Source of the DNA: Nanobdellota archaeon
Lineage (GTDB): Archaea; Nanobdellota; Nanobdellia; Pacearchaeales; GW2011-AR1
Length of the DNA: 64,000 nt
Reading direction: 5' to 3'
NCBI GenBank assembly: GCA_030688225.1
Contig: JAUYIO010000021.1
Location: 12,080 to 76,079, forward strand
Positions 9,809 through 18,589 of this stretch are shown one piece after another. The stretch's first letter is position 1. Each line of letters starts with the position of its first letter. The translations under genes and the position numbers were made by a program. The notes beneath the pieces were generated by a model. It made no database searches and was not told the DNA's origin. It saw nothing but the letters and a program-made list of their open reading frames with translations.

Positions 9809-10624
9809 ATGGAAATAAAGAATATCCTGGAATTTTCAATTTTGAATATAGATAAACCCTCTGGGCCTACGAGTTTTGATATTTCTAATTTTGTGAGAAA
9901 AAAACTTGGATTGAGAAAAACAAGTCATTTTGGAACTCTTGATCCAAAAGTTACAGGAGTTTTACCAATTGCTTTAAACAGGGCGTGCAAACTTACAGGA
10001 TTTTTTTTAGGAGAAGATAAGGAGTATGTTGGAATTATGAGACTTCATGAAGAAGTTTCCATGGAAGAAATTAAGAAAAAAATAAAAGAGAAATTTTTAG
10101 GAAAGATAAAACAAACTCCTCCTGTAAAATCTCGTGTAAAAAGAGAAGAGAGAGAAAGAGAGATTAAAAAATTTGAGATTCTTGAGAAAGAGGGGAAAGA
10201 TGTTTTATTTCGTGTTGAATGTCAGGGAGGGACTTATATTAGGAAGTTGATTGATGATTTAGGAAAAGAATTAGGAATTGGTGCACATATGCTTGAATTG
10301 AGGAGAATTCGTGCAGGAATTTTTAAAGAGACAGATAAGGAATTTTTAAATTTATATGAATTTGAAAAAATAGTTAATGATGAAAAAGATTTGAAAAAAT
10401 TCCTGATTCCTGCTGAAGAAGCATTGAAGAAAATATTTCCTGTTATACAAGTTAAGAAAGATTCTGTAAGTGGGTTGTTGACAGGGAAACCCATTTTCAA
10501 GAAAGATATCGTGGGAAAAATGAAAGATAAATTTATTGCATTCTACAAAGAAAGATTTATAGGAGTTTACAAAAGAACTGGCGAAGTTGCAAAGCCTGAG
10601 TTTGTTTATCAGGAGATAAGGTAA
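9809..10624 (+). CDS. cbf5: Cbf5/TruB pseudouridine synthase (short form)
   Basis: DKPSGPTS, HFGTLDPKVTGVLP, Q.PPVKS, GTYIRKL. Confidence 0.92.
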   Translation: MEIKNILEFSILNIDKPSGPTSFDISNFVRKKLGLRKTSHFGTLDPKVTGVLPIALNRACKLTGFFLGEDKEYVGIMRLHEEVSMEEIKKKIKEKFLGKIKQTPPVKSRVKREEREREIKKFEILEKEGKDVLFRVECQGGTYIRKLIDDLGKELGIGAHMLELRRIRAGIFKETDKEFLNLYEFEKIVNDEKDLKKFLIPAEEALKKIFPVIQVKKDSVSGLLTGKPIFKKDIVGKMKDKFIAFYKERFIGVYKRTGEVAKPEFVYQEIR

Positions 10625-10677
10625 ACAACATATTTCATAATTGAAAGATTTATATATGGGAAAAAGGCAGAATTTAT

Positions 10678-11034
10678 ATGAAAAACAATCAAATCAAAGC
10701 CATGGAAAGACTTAGTATAGACTCTGGAATGAGAACCCTAATTGGGAATATGTGGAAGCATGGTTATAGGACTTTGAATAGCTGTGAAGGAGAGAGTTCA
10801 GAAGCATATGTTATGTTTAATGGAGGAGATGGGTGGTTTGAGGAAAATGCTTCAAAGTACGGTTTAACAAAAGTTGAAAATAAAGCTTGTTGCCAAAGAG
10901 AATTTTTAGAAGAGGTTAAAAAACATAATTTAGACCCAAGTATGTTTGTTGATAGAAGAAAAACATGTGGTTGTGGCGCAGGTGTAAATGGAAATGTTGT
11001 ATACAGGGGCCAGTTAATGCAATTTTCTCAATAA
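10678..11034 (+). CDS. hypothetical Cys-containing protein
   Basis: 118-aa ORF with its own TATA (TTTATATA); contains GYRTLNSCEG. Confidence 0.6.
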   Translation: MKNNQIKAMERLSIDSGMRTLIGNMWKHGYRTLNSCEGESSEAYVMFNGGDGWFEENASKYGLTKVENKACCQREFLEEVKKHNLDPSMFVDRRKTCGCGAGVNGNVVYRGQLMQFSQ

Positions 11035-11093
11035 TAAATCCTGTAGAAGTAAGATAAAGAAATATTTAATAATCTATGTCTTTTTCCTAGTGT

Positions 11094-11369
11094 ATGAAAA
11101 AAACAGTTAGACTTTATATTACCGGAGTTGTTCAGGGAATTTTTTTTAGAATGTTTGTCAAGGAAAATGCAGAGAAATATAATGTTAAAGGATTTGTTAG
11201 AAATTTAGATAATGGAAAAATTGAGGCTTTTTTAGAAGGTGATACAAACGATGTTGAGAAAATGATTGAACTTTGCAAAAAAGGGCCTAAACACAGCCAA
11301 ATAAAAAACGTTGAAATAAAAAATGAAAGATTTCAGGGATTGAAAACTTTCAAAATTTTGCATATATGA
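11094..11369 (+). CDS. acyP: acylphosphatase
   Basis: GVVQGIFFR, GFVRNL.NG.IE, GP. Confidence 0.93.
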   Translation: MKKTVRLYITGVVQGIFFRMFVKENAEKYNVKGFVRNLDNGKIEAFLEGDTNDVEKMIELCKKGPKHSQIKNVEIKNERFQGLKTFKILHI

Positions 11370-11370
11370 A

Positions 11371-11865
11371 ATGACAAACTATTCTGTGATAATTAGAGGT
11401 CCTGCTGGAGTTGGTAAAACTACTCTTGGGAAAATGTTAGCTAAAAAAATTAAGGGATATTATATTTCTGTTGATAAAATATTGAAGAAACATAAACTTG
11501 ATTATGTTCAAGATGAGTCTTGCATTTCTGAAGAAAATTGCTTAAAAAGTAATGAATTGATTCTTCTGCAATTTTCTGAAGCAATTAAAAAAAATAATCA
11601 TTTGGTAATAGAAGGTTGTTTTTATCACAAAAGCCAATTAAAGCATTTGTTAAGCAAACTTCCAAATAAATCCTTAATTTTTACACTTAAAGCTGAACTT
11701 CCAGAATTAATAAAGAGAGATAAAACTCGCAAAGGAATTGGTATAGAGTCGATAAAAGCAGTTCATAAACTTTCTTCACAATTTGATTATGGGATAATAA
11801 TTGATACTAATAATAAAACTAAATCACAGATAATTAAAGAGATGGGTTCATTTTTACCACGATGA
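11371..11865 (+). CDS. P-loop small-molecule/nucleotide kinase (AAA_33-like)
   Basis: IRGPAGVGKTT Walker A; RDKTR lid. Confidence 0.8.
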   Translation: MTNYSVIIRGPAGVGKTTLGKMLAKKIKGYYISVDKILKKHKLDYVQDESCISEENCLKSNELILLQFSEAIKKNNHLVIEGCFYHKSQLKHLLSKLPNKSLIFTLKAELPELIKRDKTRKGIGIESIKAVHKLSSQFDYGIIIDTNNKTKSQIIKEMGSFLPR

Positions 11866-12290
11866 TTTATACAAATTCAGATGGAGGTTCTCGTGGAAAT
11901 CCAGGGCCAGGGGCAGTTGGAATTTTAATAAGAGATGGTGAAAAAATTCTTGTGAAGCAAAGTAAATTCATCGGGAGATTTGTCACGAATAACATGGCAG
12001 AGTATGATGCTTTAATCATGGCTTTAAAACTTGCATCAAAACACACGAACAAAGAAATAACTTGTTGTCTTGATTCAGAATTGATTGTCAATCAGCTTTT
12101 AGGAAAATACAGAGTTAGAAATTCAAAATTGCTTCCTCTTTTTTTAGAAGTCCAAAAACTTCAGGAAAATTTTGAGAAAATTATTTATAAGTATGTAAGC
12201 CGAGAGGACAAATTCCAAATACTTGCAGATGAATTGGTTAATGATGAATTGGAAAGAGCTGGTTATCCAAAGTTTCCTGGAAAGAGATAG
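11862..12290 (+). CDS. rnhA: ribonuclease HI family protein
   Basis: DGGSRGNPG, TNN.AEY, DSELIV.Q, ADELVN. Confidence 0.92.
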   Translation: MIYTNSDGGSRGNPGPGAVGILIRDGEKILVKQSKFIGRFVTNNMAEYDALIMALKLASKHTNKEITCCLDSELIVNQLLGKYRVRNSKLLPLFLEVQKLQENFEKIIYKYVSREDKFQILADELVNDELERAGYPKFPGKR

Positions 12291-12321
12291 ATTTTATAAA
12301 TTAAGAAATATTTAGTTGGTT

Positions 12322-13824
12322 ATGGAAAAGTTTTTTTGGGCAGATAAAATTGCCGAAGATATAATTAAAGAAAGAGGTAAAAAGAAAGAATATGTTTGTG
12401 CTTCTGGTATTGGTGTTTCTGGAACTCTTCACATAGGGAATTTCAGAGATGCAATAACAACTGATTTAGTCGTAAGAGCATTGAAAGATGCCGGGAAAAA
12501 AACCATGTTTATTTATTCATGGGATGATTATGATAGATTCAGAAAGATTCCTGCAAATTTACCTGAAAACAAGAAAAAAGAATACGAGAAATATATTGGT
12601 ATGGCTGTAAGTGACATTCCTGCACCAACAGGAAAAGAAAGTTATTCAGAATATTTTGAAAAGCCTTTTGAAAAATCTTTGAAAAAAGTTGGAATAAATC
12701 CAAAGTTTATAAGTCAAAGCAAGATGAATAAGGCATGCAAATATGCTGAGCTGATAAAAAAAGCGTTAGATGACAATGAAGAGATAAAAAAAATTTTGAA
12801 CAGATATAGAAAAGAACCGCTTTCAAAAAATTGGTATCCTGTAACTGTTTATTGTGAAAAATGTAAGAAAGATTCTACACAAATAATAAACGTAGAAGGA
12901 TATTTTATTGAGTATATTTGTGAGTGTGGATTTACAAACAAAATAGATTTCAGAAAAAAAGGTATTGTAAAATTAAAATGGAGAATAGACTGGCCTGCAA
13001 GATGGTTTTATGAAAAAGTTGATTTTGAACCAGGAGGAGCAGACATAAATGCTGCAGGAGGTTCTTATGTAACTGGAAAAGAAATATCAAAAAAGATTTA
13101 TGATTACGAACCTCCAAAAACAACTTTTTATGAATTTGTAACTATCAAAGGAGCAGGAGGAAAAATCTCTGGCTCTAAAGGGAACGTTTTGACTATTGAC
13201 GATGTTGAGGAGATTTATGAGCCTGAAATTTTGAGATATTTATTTGTTGGAACAAGGCCGAGCAAAAGTTTTGACATAAGTTTTGACAACGATGTTATAA
13301 AAATTTATGAAGACTATGATGCGCTTGAAGAAAAATATTATTCTAAAAAAGCAAATATGCAGGAGAAAAGAATTTATGAGATGTGTCAGTTAAATAAATT
13401 AAAAAAGAAAAGGCCTGAGAAAAAAAGTTTCAGACATCTTATTACTTTTGTACAAGTTGGGAAAACAAAGGATTTCAGCAAAGAAGACAAATTCAGAGCA
13501 GAGAAAGTTAAAAACTGGCTTGAAAAATATGCTGGAGATGACATGAAGTTCAAAGTGCAAGAGAGAATTTCAATTAAATTAAATGAAAAGGAAAAAAACT
13601 CTTTAATAGAATTGAGAGAGATTTTAAAACAAAAGAGTCTGACAGAAGAGCAATTATTTAATGAGTTTTATGAAATTTGCAAAAATGTTGGAATAAATAA
13701 CAAGGAATTTTTTGATGCTGCATATCGCGTGATAATTAACAAGAAGAAAGGGCCAAGACTTGCAAGTTTGATTCTTGCTATTGGAAAAGAAAAAATTATT
13801 AAATTATTAAATCAGATAAAATAA
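12322..13824 (+). CDS. lysS: class I lysine--tRNA ligase
   Basis: WAD, SG..HIGN, WDDYDRFRK, KLKWRIDWP, KISGSKG, GPRL. Confidence 0.97.
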   Translation: MEKFFWADKIAEDIIKERGKKKEYVCASGIGVSGTLHIGNFRDAITTDLVVRALKDAGKKTMFIYSWDDYDRFRKIPANLPENKKKEYEKYIGMAVSDIPAPTGKESYSEYFEKPFEKSLKKVGINPKFISQSKMNKACKYAELIKKALDDNEEIKKILNRYRKEPLSKNWYPVTVYCEKCKKDSTQIINVEGYFIEYICECGFTNKIDFRKKGIVKLKWRIDWPARWFYEKVDFEPGGADINAAGGSYVTGKEISKKIYDYEPPKTTFYEFVTIKGAGGKISGSKGNVLTIDDVEEIYEPEILRYLFVGTRPSKSFDISFDNDVIKIYEDYDALEEKYYSKKANMQEKRIYEMCQLNKLKKKRPEKKSFRHLITFVQVGKTKDFSKEDKFRAEKVKNWLEKYAGDDMKFKVQERISIKLNEKEKNSLIELREILKQKSLTEEQLFNEFYEICKNVGINNKEFFDAAYRVIINKKKGPRLASLILAIGKEKIIKLLNQIK

Positions 13825-13825
13825 A

Positions 13826-14014
13826 ATGGTACTTATAGTAAAATCAAATATAAAAAAAGTTGTGAAGGAAATTCAAGGAAAAAACGAAGAGATTAGTTCT
13901 GTTTCAGAAGAAGTTGGAACTGAATTAGAAAAAAAAGTTGAAGATATTTTAAGACAGGGAATTGAAAGAGCTAAAAAGAATCAGAGAAGAACTTTACAGG
14001 CGAGGGATTTGTGA
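13826..14014 (+). CDS. short histone-fold protein (DUF1931-like)
   Basis: LIVKSNIK...IERAKKNQRRTLQARDL matches the histone alpha2-L2 R-T-x-x-x-x-D signature. Confidence 0.75.
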   Translation: MVLIVKSNIKKVVKEIQGKNEEISSVSEEVGTELEKKVEDILRQGIERAKKNQRRTLQARDL

Positions 14015-14058
14015 AATCATTAGAAAAATTTAAATAGCTAATAAATTAGCAACTTACA

Positions 14059-14280
14059 ATGGTAAATGAAGATTATGTCGCACTTTATAGAATTGGTAGT
14101 TGCAACCCTTTAGGTGTAGTTAGAAATAGTATTGTGGATTCCCTATTGAGTGATTTGGAAGCACATACAAATCAACATTACTGGACTAAACCAATTACAT
14201 CTGAACAAGCAAAACAAGTAAAAGAAGAAATTACGAGAGGTTCAGTAGAGGTAGAAAACCTTTTTGCAAGAAAAGCCTGA
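14059..14280 (+). CDS. hypothetical protein
   Basis: 73-aa ORF with TATA TTTAAATA upstream. Confidence 0.5.
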   Translation: MVNEDYVALYRIGSCNPLGVVRNSIVDSLLSDLEAHTNQHYWTKPITSEQAKQVKEEITRGSVEVENLFARKA

Positions 14281-14324
14281 TAATTCTCAAGAAAATATAA
14301 ATACCTCCTACTCTTTCTCCTCTT

Positions 14325-14867
14325 ATGAAAAATCCTAACAAAGAAAAAATTCTTGAGATGATTAAAAAAGCAGGAAACGAGGAATATGAAACTTCATGGG
14401 ATGAGAGAGGAATTCCTGTTTCAAAGAAAAAATCAGAAATTCAAAAGGGAAAAAAATCCCGTTCAGCAGGAGCGAATTTTGAACTTCGCGTCAGAAAAGA
14501 TTTGGAAGACAAAGGGAGAATTGTTGATAAATGGACAAATAATATTGATTTTGAGAAAAATAAAATTGTTCCTGCAAAAAGAAAATATAATCCATTTAAA
14601 AAAATGCTCGTTGTCGGTACAGGTTTTCCTGATTTTGTCTCAATAAAACATATTCACGATGAAGTTTATAGTGTGATAGGAGTTGAAGTTAAAACAAATG
14701 GGACTCTGTCAAAAGAAGAAAAACAAAAATGCGCATGGTATCTGAAAAATAAAATTTTCTCTGAAATCTGGGTTGCAAAAAAAGGGCAGAAAAAAGGGCA
14801 GATTGAATATGATAATTTCTCAGAAAAATATGGGAAAAAGTATATGGGACAGAATAATAATACTTAA
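14325..14867 (+). CDS. PD-(D/E)xK nuclease, Hjc-like
   Basis: G.NFE.RVRKDLE..G, GFPDF, GVEVK. Confidence 0.7.
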   Translation: MKNPNKEKILEMIKKAGNEEYETSWDERGIPVSKKKSEIQKGKKSRSAGANFELRVRKDLEDKGRIVDKWTNNIDFEKNKIVPAKRKYNPFKKMLVVGTGFPDFVSIKHIHDEVYSVIGVEVKTNGTLSKEEKQKCAWYLKNKIFSEIWVAKKGQKKGQIEYDNFSEKYGKKYMGQNNNT

Positions 14868-14891
14868 AATTGATTTCCTCCATTAATCTTT

Positions 14892-15413
14892 ATGAGAAAA
14901 TTAATATTAGGAATTTTATTTATTTTATTACTCCAAAATATCTCTGCAACCTGTGAAGACAACCAAGTTGATATAAATGCTGCTTCTTCAACAGAACTTG
15001 ACAAAATAATTTGGGTTGGTCCTTCTACTGCGGAAAAAATAATCTCTGCCAGGCCTTTTGAAAGTGTGGATGATTTAACAAAAGTGAGTGGGATTGGAGA
15101 AGTGAAAATATTGGACATAAAAGAACAAGGAATTGCCTGTGTTGGAAGTGAAACTCAAGAGGAGGAAAAAGAAAAGATAAATCTAAAAGATGTTGAGATT
15201 TATGCTGAAAAAAATTATTCAGAACAAGATAATTCTCCTCCAGAAGTAATCAACCTAAATCCAAAAACTATAAAAACAGAAAACAACACCGAGAGTTCTG
15301 ATAAAAACAAATATGCTCTTAGAGGTTTTGCATTTTTTTGTGTTTTGCTCGTGTTTTTGTTTGTTTTTAAAATAAGAAGAGACAAAGTCAATAAAAATGA
15401 ATTCAGAGATTGA
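14892..15413 (+). CDS. ComEA-like helix-hairpin-helix surface DNA-binding protein
   Basis: Signal peptide, VDINAAS..ELD.I..VGP, RPF.SVDDL.KVSGIG, C-terminal TM helix. Confidence 0.85.
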   Translation: MRKLILGILFILLLQNISATCEDNQVDINAASSTELDKIIWVGPSTAEKIISARPFESVDDLTKVSGIGEVKILDIKEQGIACVGSETQEEEKEKINLKDVEIYAEKNYSEQDNSPPEVINLNPKTIKTENNTESSDKNKYALRGFAFFCVLLVFLFVFKIRRDKVNKNEFRD

Positions 15414-15879
15414 AGAAACAAAAGGCATAAAGGCCATGATGATTCTGGAAATAGTTGGAAAACCTCCAGAGCATCTTGTGGAAACTCTTGAGAATTTAAT
15501 CAAGAATATAGATGAAGAAAAAGGTGTTTCTGTCAGGGAGAAAAAAATAAAAGAACCTGTTATTATAAAAAATAAGAAGACAGGAGAAGAGAACAAAGAT
15601 GGATTTTACACTACTTTTGCAGAAATTGAGGTTGAAGTTGAAGAGATTACATATTTGGCAATGTTGATGTTCAAATACATGCCTGCACATATTGAGGTTA
15701 TTGAACCTGAGTTGATAATTCTCTCAAATACTGGATGGGGAGATATTTTAAGTGAGCTTACAAGAAGACTTCATGGGTATGATGAAGTTGCAAGAATTGT
15801 TCAAGCTGAAAAGGCAATACTTGAAGAAAAATTAAGAGAAGTTTTATCTGGAAAGAAAAAAGAAGAGAAAGAAGAATAA
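15397..15879 (+). CDS. conserved hypothetical protein
   Basis: 160 aa; EIVGKPPEH, FAEIE, YMPAHIEVIEP motifs; coiled-coil tail. Confidence 0.7.
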   Translation: MNSEIEETKGIKAMMILEIVGKPPEHLVETLENLIKNIDEEKGVSVREKKIKEPVIIKNKKTGEENKDGFYTTFAEIEVEVEEITYLAMLMFKYMPAHIEVIEPELIILSNTGWGDILSELTRRLHGYDEVARIVQAEKAILEEKLREVLSGKKKEEKEE

Positions 15880-15881
15880 TC

Positions 15882-16802
15882 TTATTTCTTTTTCCCAAAT
15901 AAATTAACTTCAGATTTTACAGAGTAATATTTATTTCTTACAAACCAGATTATTAAGATTATTATTACAAGAAGACTCCATCCTAAAATTTTCCAAGTGG
16001 AATTTTTAGGTATTTCTTTACAAATTCCTGAACAACAAAGATTGTCTTTCCCATAAGAAGATTCTCCATCACAAATCTCCAAATTCTGGACACAAACTGA
16101 TTTATTCATCTCTGCACAAGTTTGTTTTGTTGAAACAGAAATTATCTTTTCAGACTTAGACGTGTTTATTATTTCTTCTGATTTATTCCCAGAGATATTT
16201 TGAGGGGTTGTGTTTTCTTCTTCTATTTCCTGCTCTTTTACAAAAACATAAACAGGAATTTTATATTCAAGATTTTCTGTTTTCATTTCTAATATTTGCA
16301 GTGAAGTTTGTTTTATATCCCCAATGCCAAAAGTTATCTGTCTCATTTCATTTGATTCAAAAAAAAAGGAACTTGATTTACTGCTGAAATTTGTATTTAT
16401 CAAGGTTTTTGAATTTTTGAGGTTTGTAATGTCTATTGAAAAATCCTTATCAGTTATTATAAATCCTTTATTAATTGAAAAGTCTGCTGTCTCTGAATCT
16501 ATTGTAAAATTCTTTGAATCTTCATTGATATTTATAGAATAATCATCAGGAATTTTCTCGTCTAGAGAGGCGTAAATATAATAATCATCATTTATTCTTA
16601 CAATTTTTGGAATTATTGAAGTTTGCATGTGACGCCTGAAGAAGATTACATCTTGCTCTGTTAAAGGCTGAGCAAAATCTCCTGAAACTTTTGCAATAAA
16701 ACTTTCCCCTTGACTAAAATTTGTTTTCATATCAAATTCAACAGCTGAAATAAACTGAAGTGAAAACAAAATTAATACGAATAAAATCACCACCTTTCTC
16801 AT
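15882..16802 (-). CDS. secreted, C-terminally anchored protein with a Cys-rich module
   Basis: Signal peptide; TCAE...CC.G.C module; C-terminal TM helix. Confidence 0.75.
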   Translation of the reverse strand: MRKVVILFVLILFSLQFISAVEFDMKTNFSQGESFIAKVSGDFAQPLTEQDVIFFRRHMQTSIIPKIVRINDDYYIYASLDEKIPDDYSININEDSKNFTIDSETADFSINKGFIITDKDFSIDITNLKNSKTLINTNFSSKSSSFFFESNEMRQITFGIGDIKQTSLQILEMKTENLEYKIPVYVFVKEQEIEEENTTPQNISGNKSEEIINTSKSEKIISVSTKQTCAEMNKSVCVQNLEICDGESSYGKDNLCCSGICKEIPKNSTWKILGWSLLVIIILIIWFVRNKYYSVKSEVNLFGKKK

Positions 16803-16834
16803 TAATATAAAAAAGAAAAGGACTTAATAAATTT

Positions 16835-18553
16835 TTATTTTCCAATCTCTTTCAATTTTTTTAAAACCTCGTCAAGTTCTTCTTTTCTTTTTGGTTGAGC
16901 CTGAGGTTTTCTTGCAGGAGATCTTTGTTGAGGAGTTGGCAAAATTCTTCTTCTAATAATTCCTCTTGGTATTTGCGAATGTTGGGGTGAAGAAGGGAAT
17001 TCGCTTGGAGGAGCTTTCTTGAACTTAGAACTTAATCTGAACCAGAATTCTTTAAATTTATTCCTGAAAATTATTCCTAATGTTGTTAAGACAATTAAAA
17101 TTAACAAAACCCAGATGTACCAATAACTCGATCCTCCCTGTGGAACACAACAGAAATCAGTGGAATAGTCACATTGGAAGTTTTTTATTTCTTCATTATC
17201 TCCGCATGAAATCTTACAAGCCCCTCCATTTATTGCGCATTCTGTTTTTGGTTGCTCTGAAGGAGTTGTGCATGAACCAAGACAACAATTAGGAGTGTCA
17301 TCTGCAGAAACAATTTTTCCGTTACATACTTCATTTGATGTGCAAATGTCTCCATTTTGTGCAGAACATGTTGGAAGAACTAAAGGAACACTACAACATT
17401 TCAAAGTTCCTGTACAAGTCCCGGTTATAATATTTCCTTCACAATCTGCAGAAGGAAGACAATAACCTCCAGACGATAAACAATCTGTTCCGTTCAAAGG
17501 TTTTAATGGCCAAACAGAATATAAAATAAATCCTGTATTTCTTATATTATCCCAACAACCATCTGTTTTTTGATTATCAATTAGCCAGTTCATTGCATTT
17601 GTTTTTGCTTCAGAAGTTTCTGGTTGCAGAGGATATAATGCTAAAGCAGTATCATATAATTTGTCTCCTGAAGAATCCCAGTATTTATTTTCTCTCTGAA
17701 GAGAAAGCAAATCTTCATAATAAGTATTTCCTGCCAACAAATACAAAAATGACTCAGGAAGGTATCTTTCATTTTTATTTGCAGAAATTATTAAGTATGG
17801 GATGTATGAAGAAGCATCAGTATTTGCTTGAGTCAGAGATAATGCTCCCCATAAAGTTCCTTCGTAATCGCAGGAATCTGTTGTTGAGAAACAATTTGAT
17901 TTTACTTTTTCAGTTATAGAAGATGATGCAGAACCAGAATTTATCTTGTCAGAAATGAAATAAGTTGGGGAATTGATGTCCTTAAAAATCATGTTCGTCT
18001 TGAATGATTTATCACAAGAAATTTTAAACTCTTTATCATAACATGTTGAGGGAACTCTCAGCCAATAATCGTCTTTATCCAAACGCAAGCATTCTCCTGC
18101 AGAAGAATCTATTTTTTTATCTTCTCCAAGATTTACTGAATAAGAAGAAGAGTCGTAAGAGATTGTGCAAGAAGTTGCTTCATTGCTGTCAATTTGCAAA
18201 TACCATAAAACATCTGTAGAAATTTTTGTCTGGGACAATAGCCATGATTGTGCTTTTTCTGTTGAAGTTCCAACACTATTTAGAGCCAATATTGACTGAG
18301 CTGTTTGTTTTATCGTGCATCCTGATTTGGGCCAGCATTCTGCATTATTTTGTGAGTCTGTTAAAAGTTCTCCCTCACATTTTTGAACTCCTAGCAAAGA
18401 AAAAATTTTTTCCTCTGTTGTCAAACTTGAACAAGTATTTTTTGCTACCTGATTTTCAAGACATTGGACAGCCTTTTCAACTTCTGCCTGCTGTGAAGAA
18501 ACTATAGGGAAAATTAGCAAAATTAAAACTAAAAATATTATTCCTCTTCTCAT
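16835..18553 (-). CDS. surface protein with alpha/alpha-toroid-like repeats, three Cys-rich modules, TM helix and Pro/basic tail
   Basis: Signal peptide; TALAL...NWLIDNQ..DGCW (QW-like repeat); three 6-Cys modules; YWYIWVLLILI. Confidence 0.75.
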   Translation of the reverse strand: MRRGIIFLVLILLIFPIVSSQQAEVEKAVQCLENQVAKNTCSSLTTEEKIFSLLGVQKCEGELLTDSQNNAECWPKSGCTIKQTAQSILALNSVGTSTEKAQSWLLSQTKISTDVLWYLQIDSNEATSCTISYDSSSYSVNLGEDKKIDSSAGECLRLDKDDYWLRVPSTCYDKEFKISCDKSFKTNMIFKDINSPTYFISDKINSGSASSSITEKVKSNCFSTTDSCDYEGTLWGALSLTQANTDASSYIPYLIISANKNERYLPESFLYLLAGNTYYEDLLSLQRENKYWDSSGDKLYDTALALYPLQPETSEAKTNAMNWLIDNQKTDGCWDNIRNTGFILYSVWPLKPLNGTDCLSSGGYCLPSADCEGNIITGTCTGTLKCCSVPLVLPTCSAQNGDICTSNEVCNGKIVSADDTPNCCLGSCTTPSEQPKTECAINGGACKISCGDNEEIKNFQCDYSTDFCCVPQGGSSYWYIWVLLILIVLTTLGIIFRNKFKEFWFRLSSKFKKAPPSEFPSSPQHSQIPRGIIRRRILPTPQQRSPARKPQAQPKRKEELDEVLKKLKEIGK

Positions 18554-18589
18554 AAGAAGAATAAGGAAGAATTGTTTTTAAAATTATCT

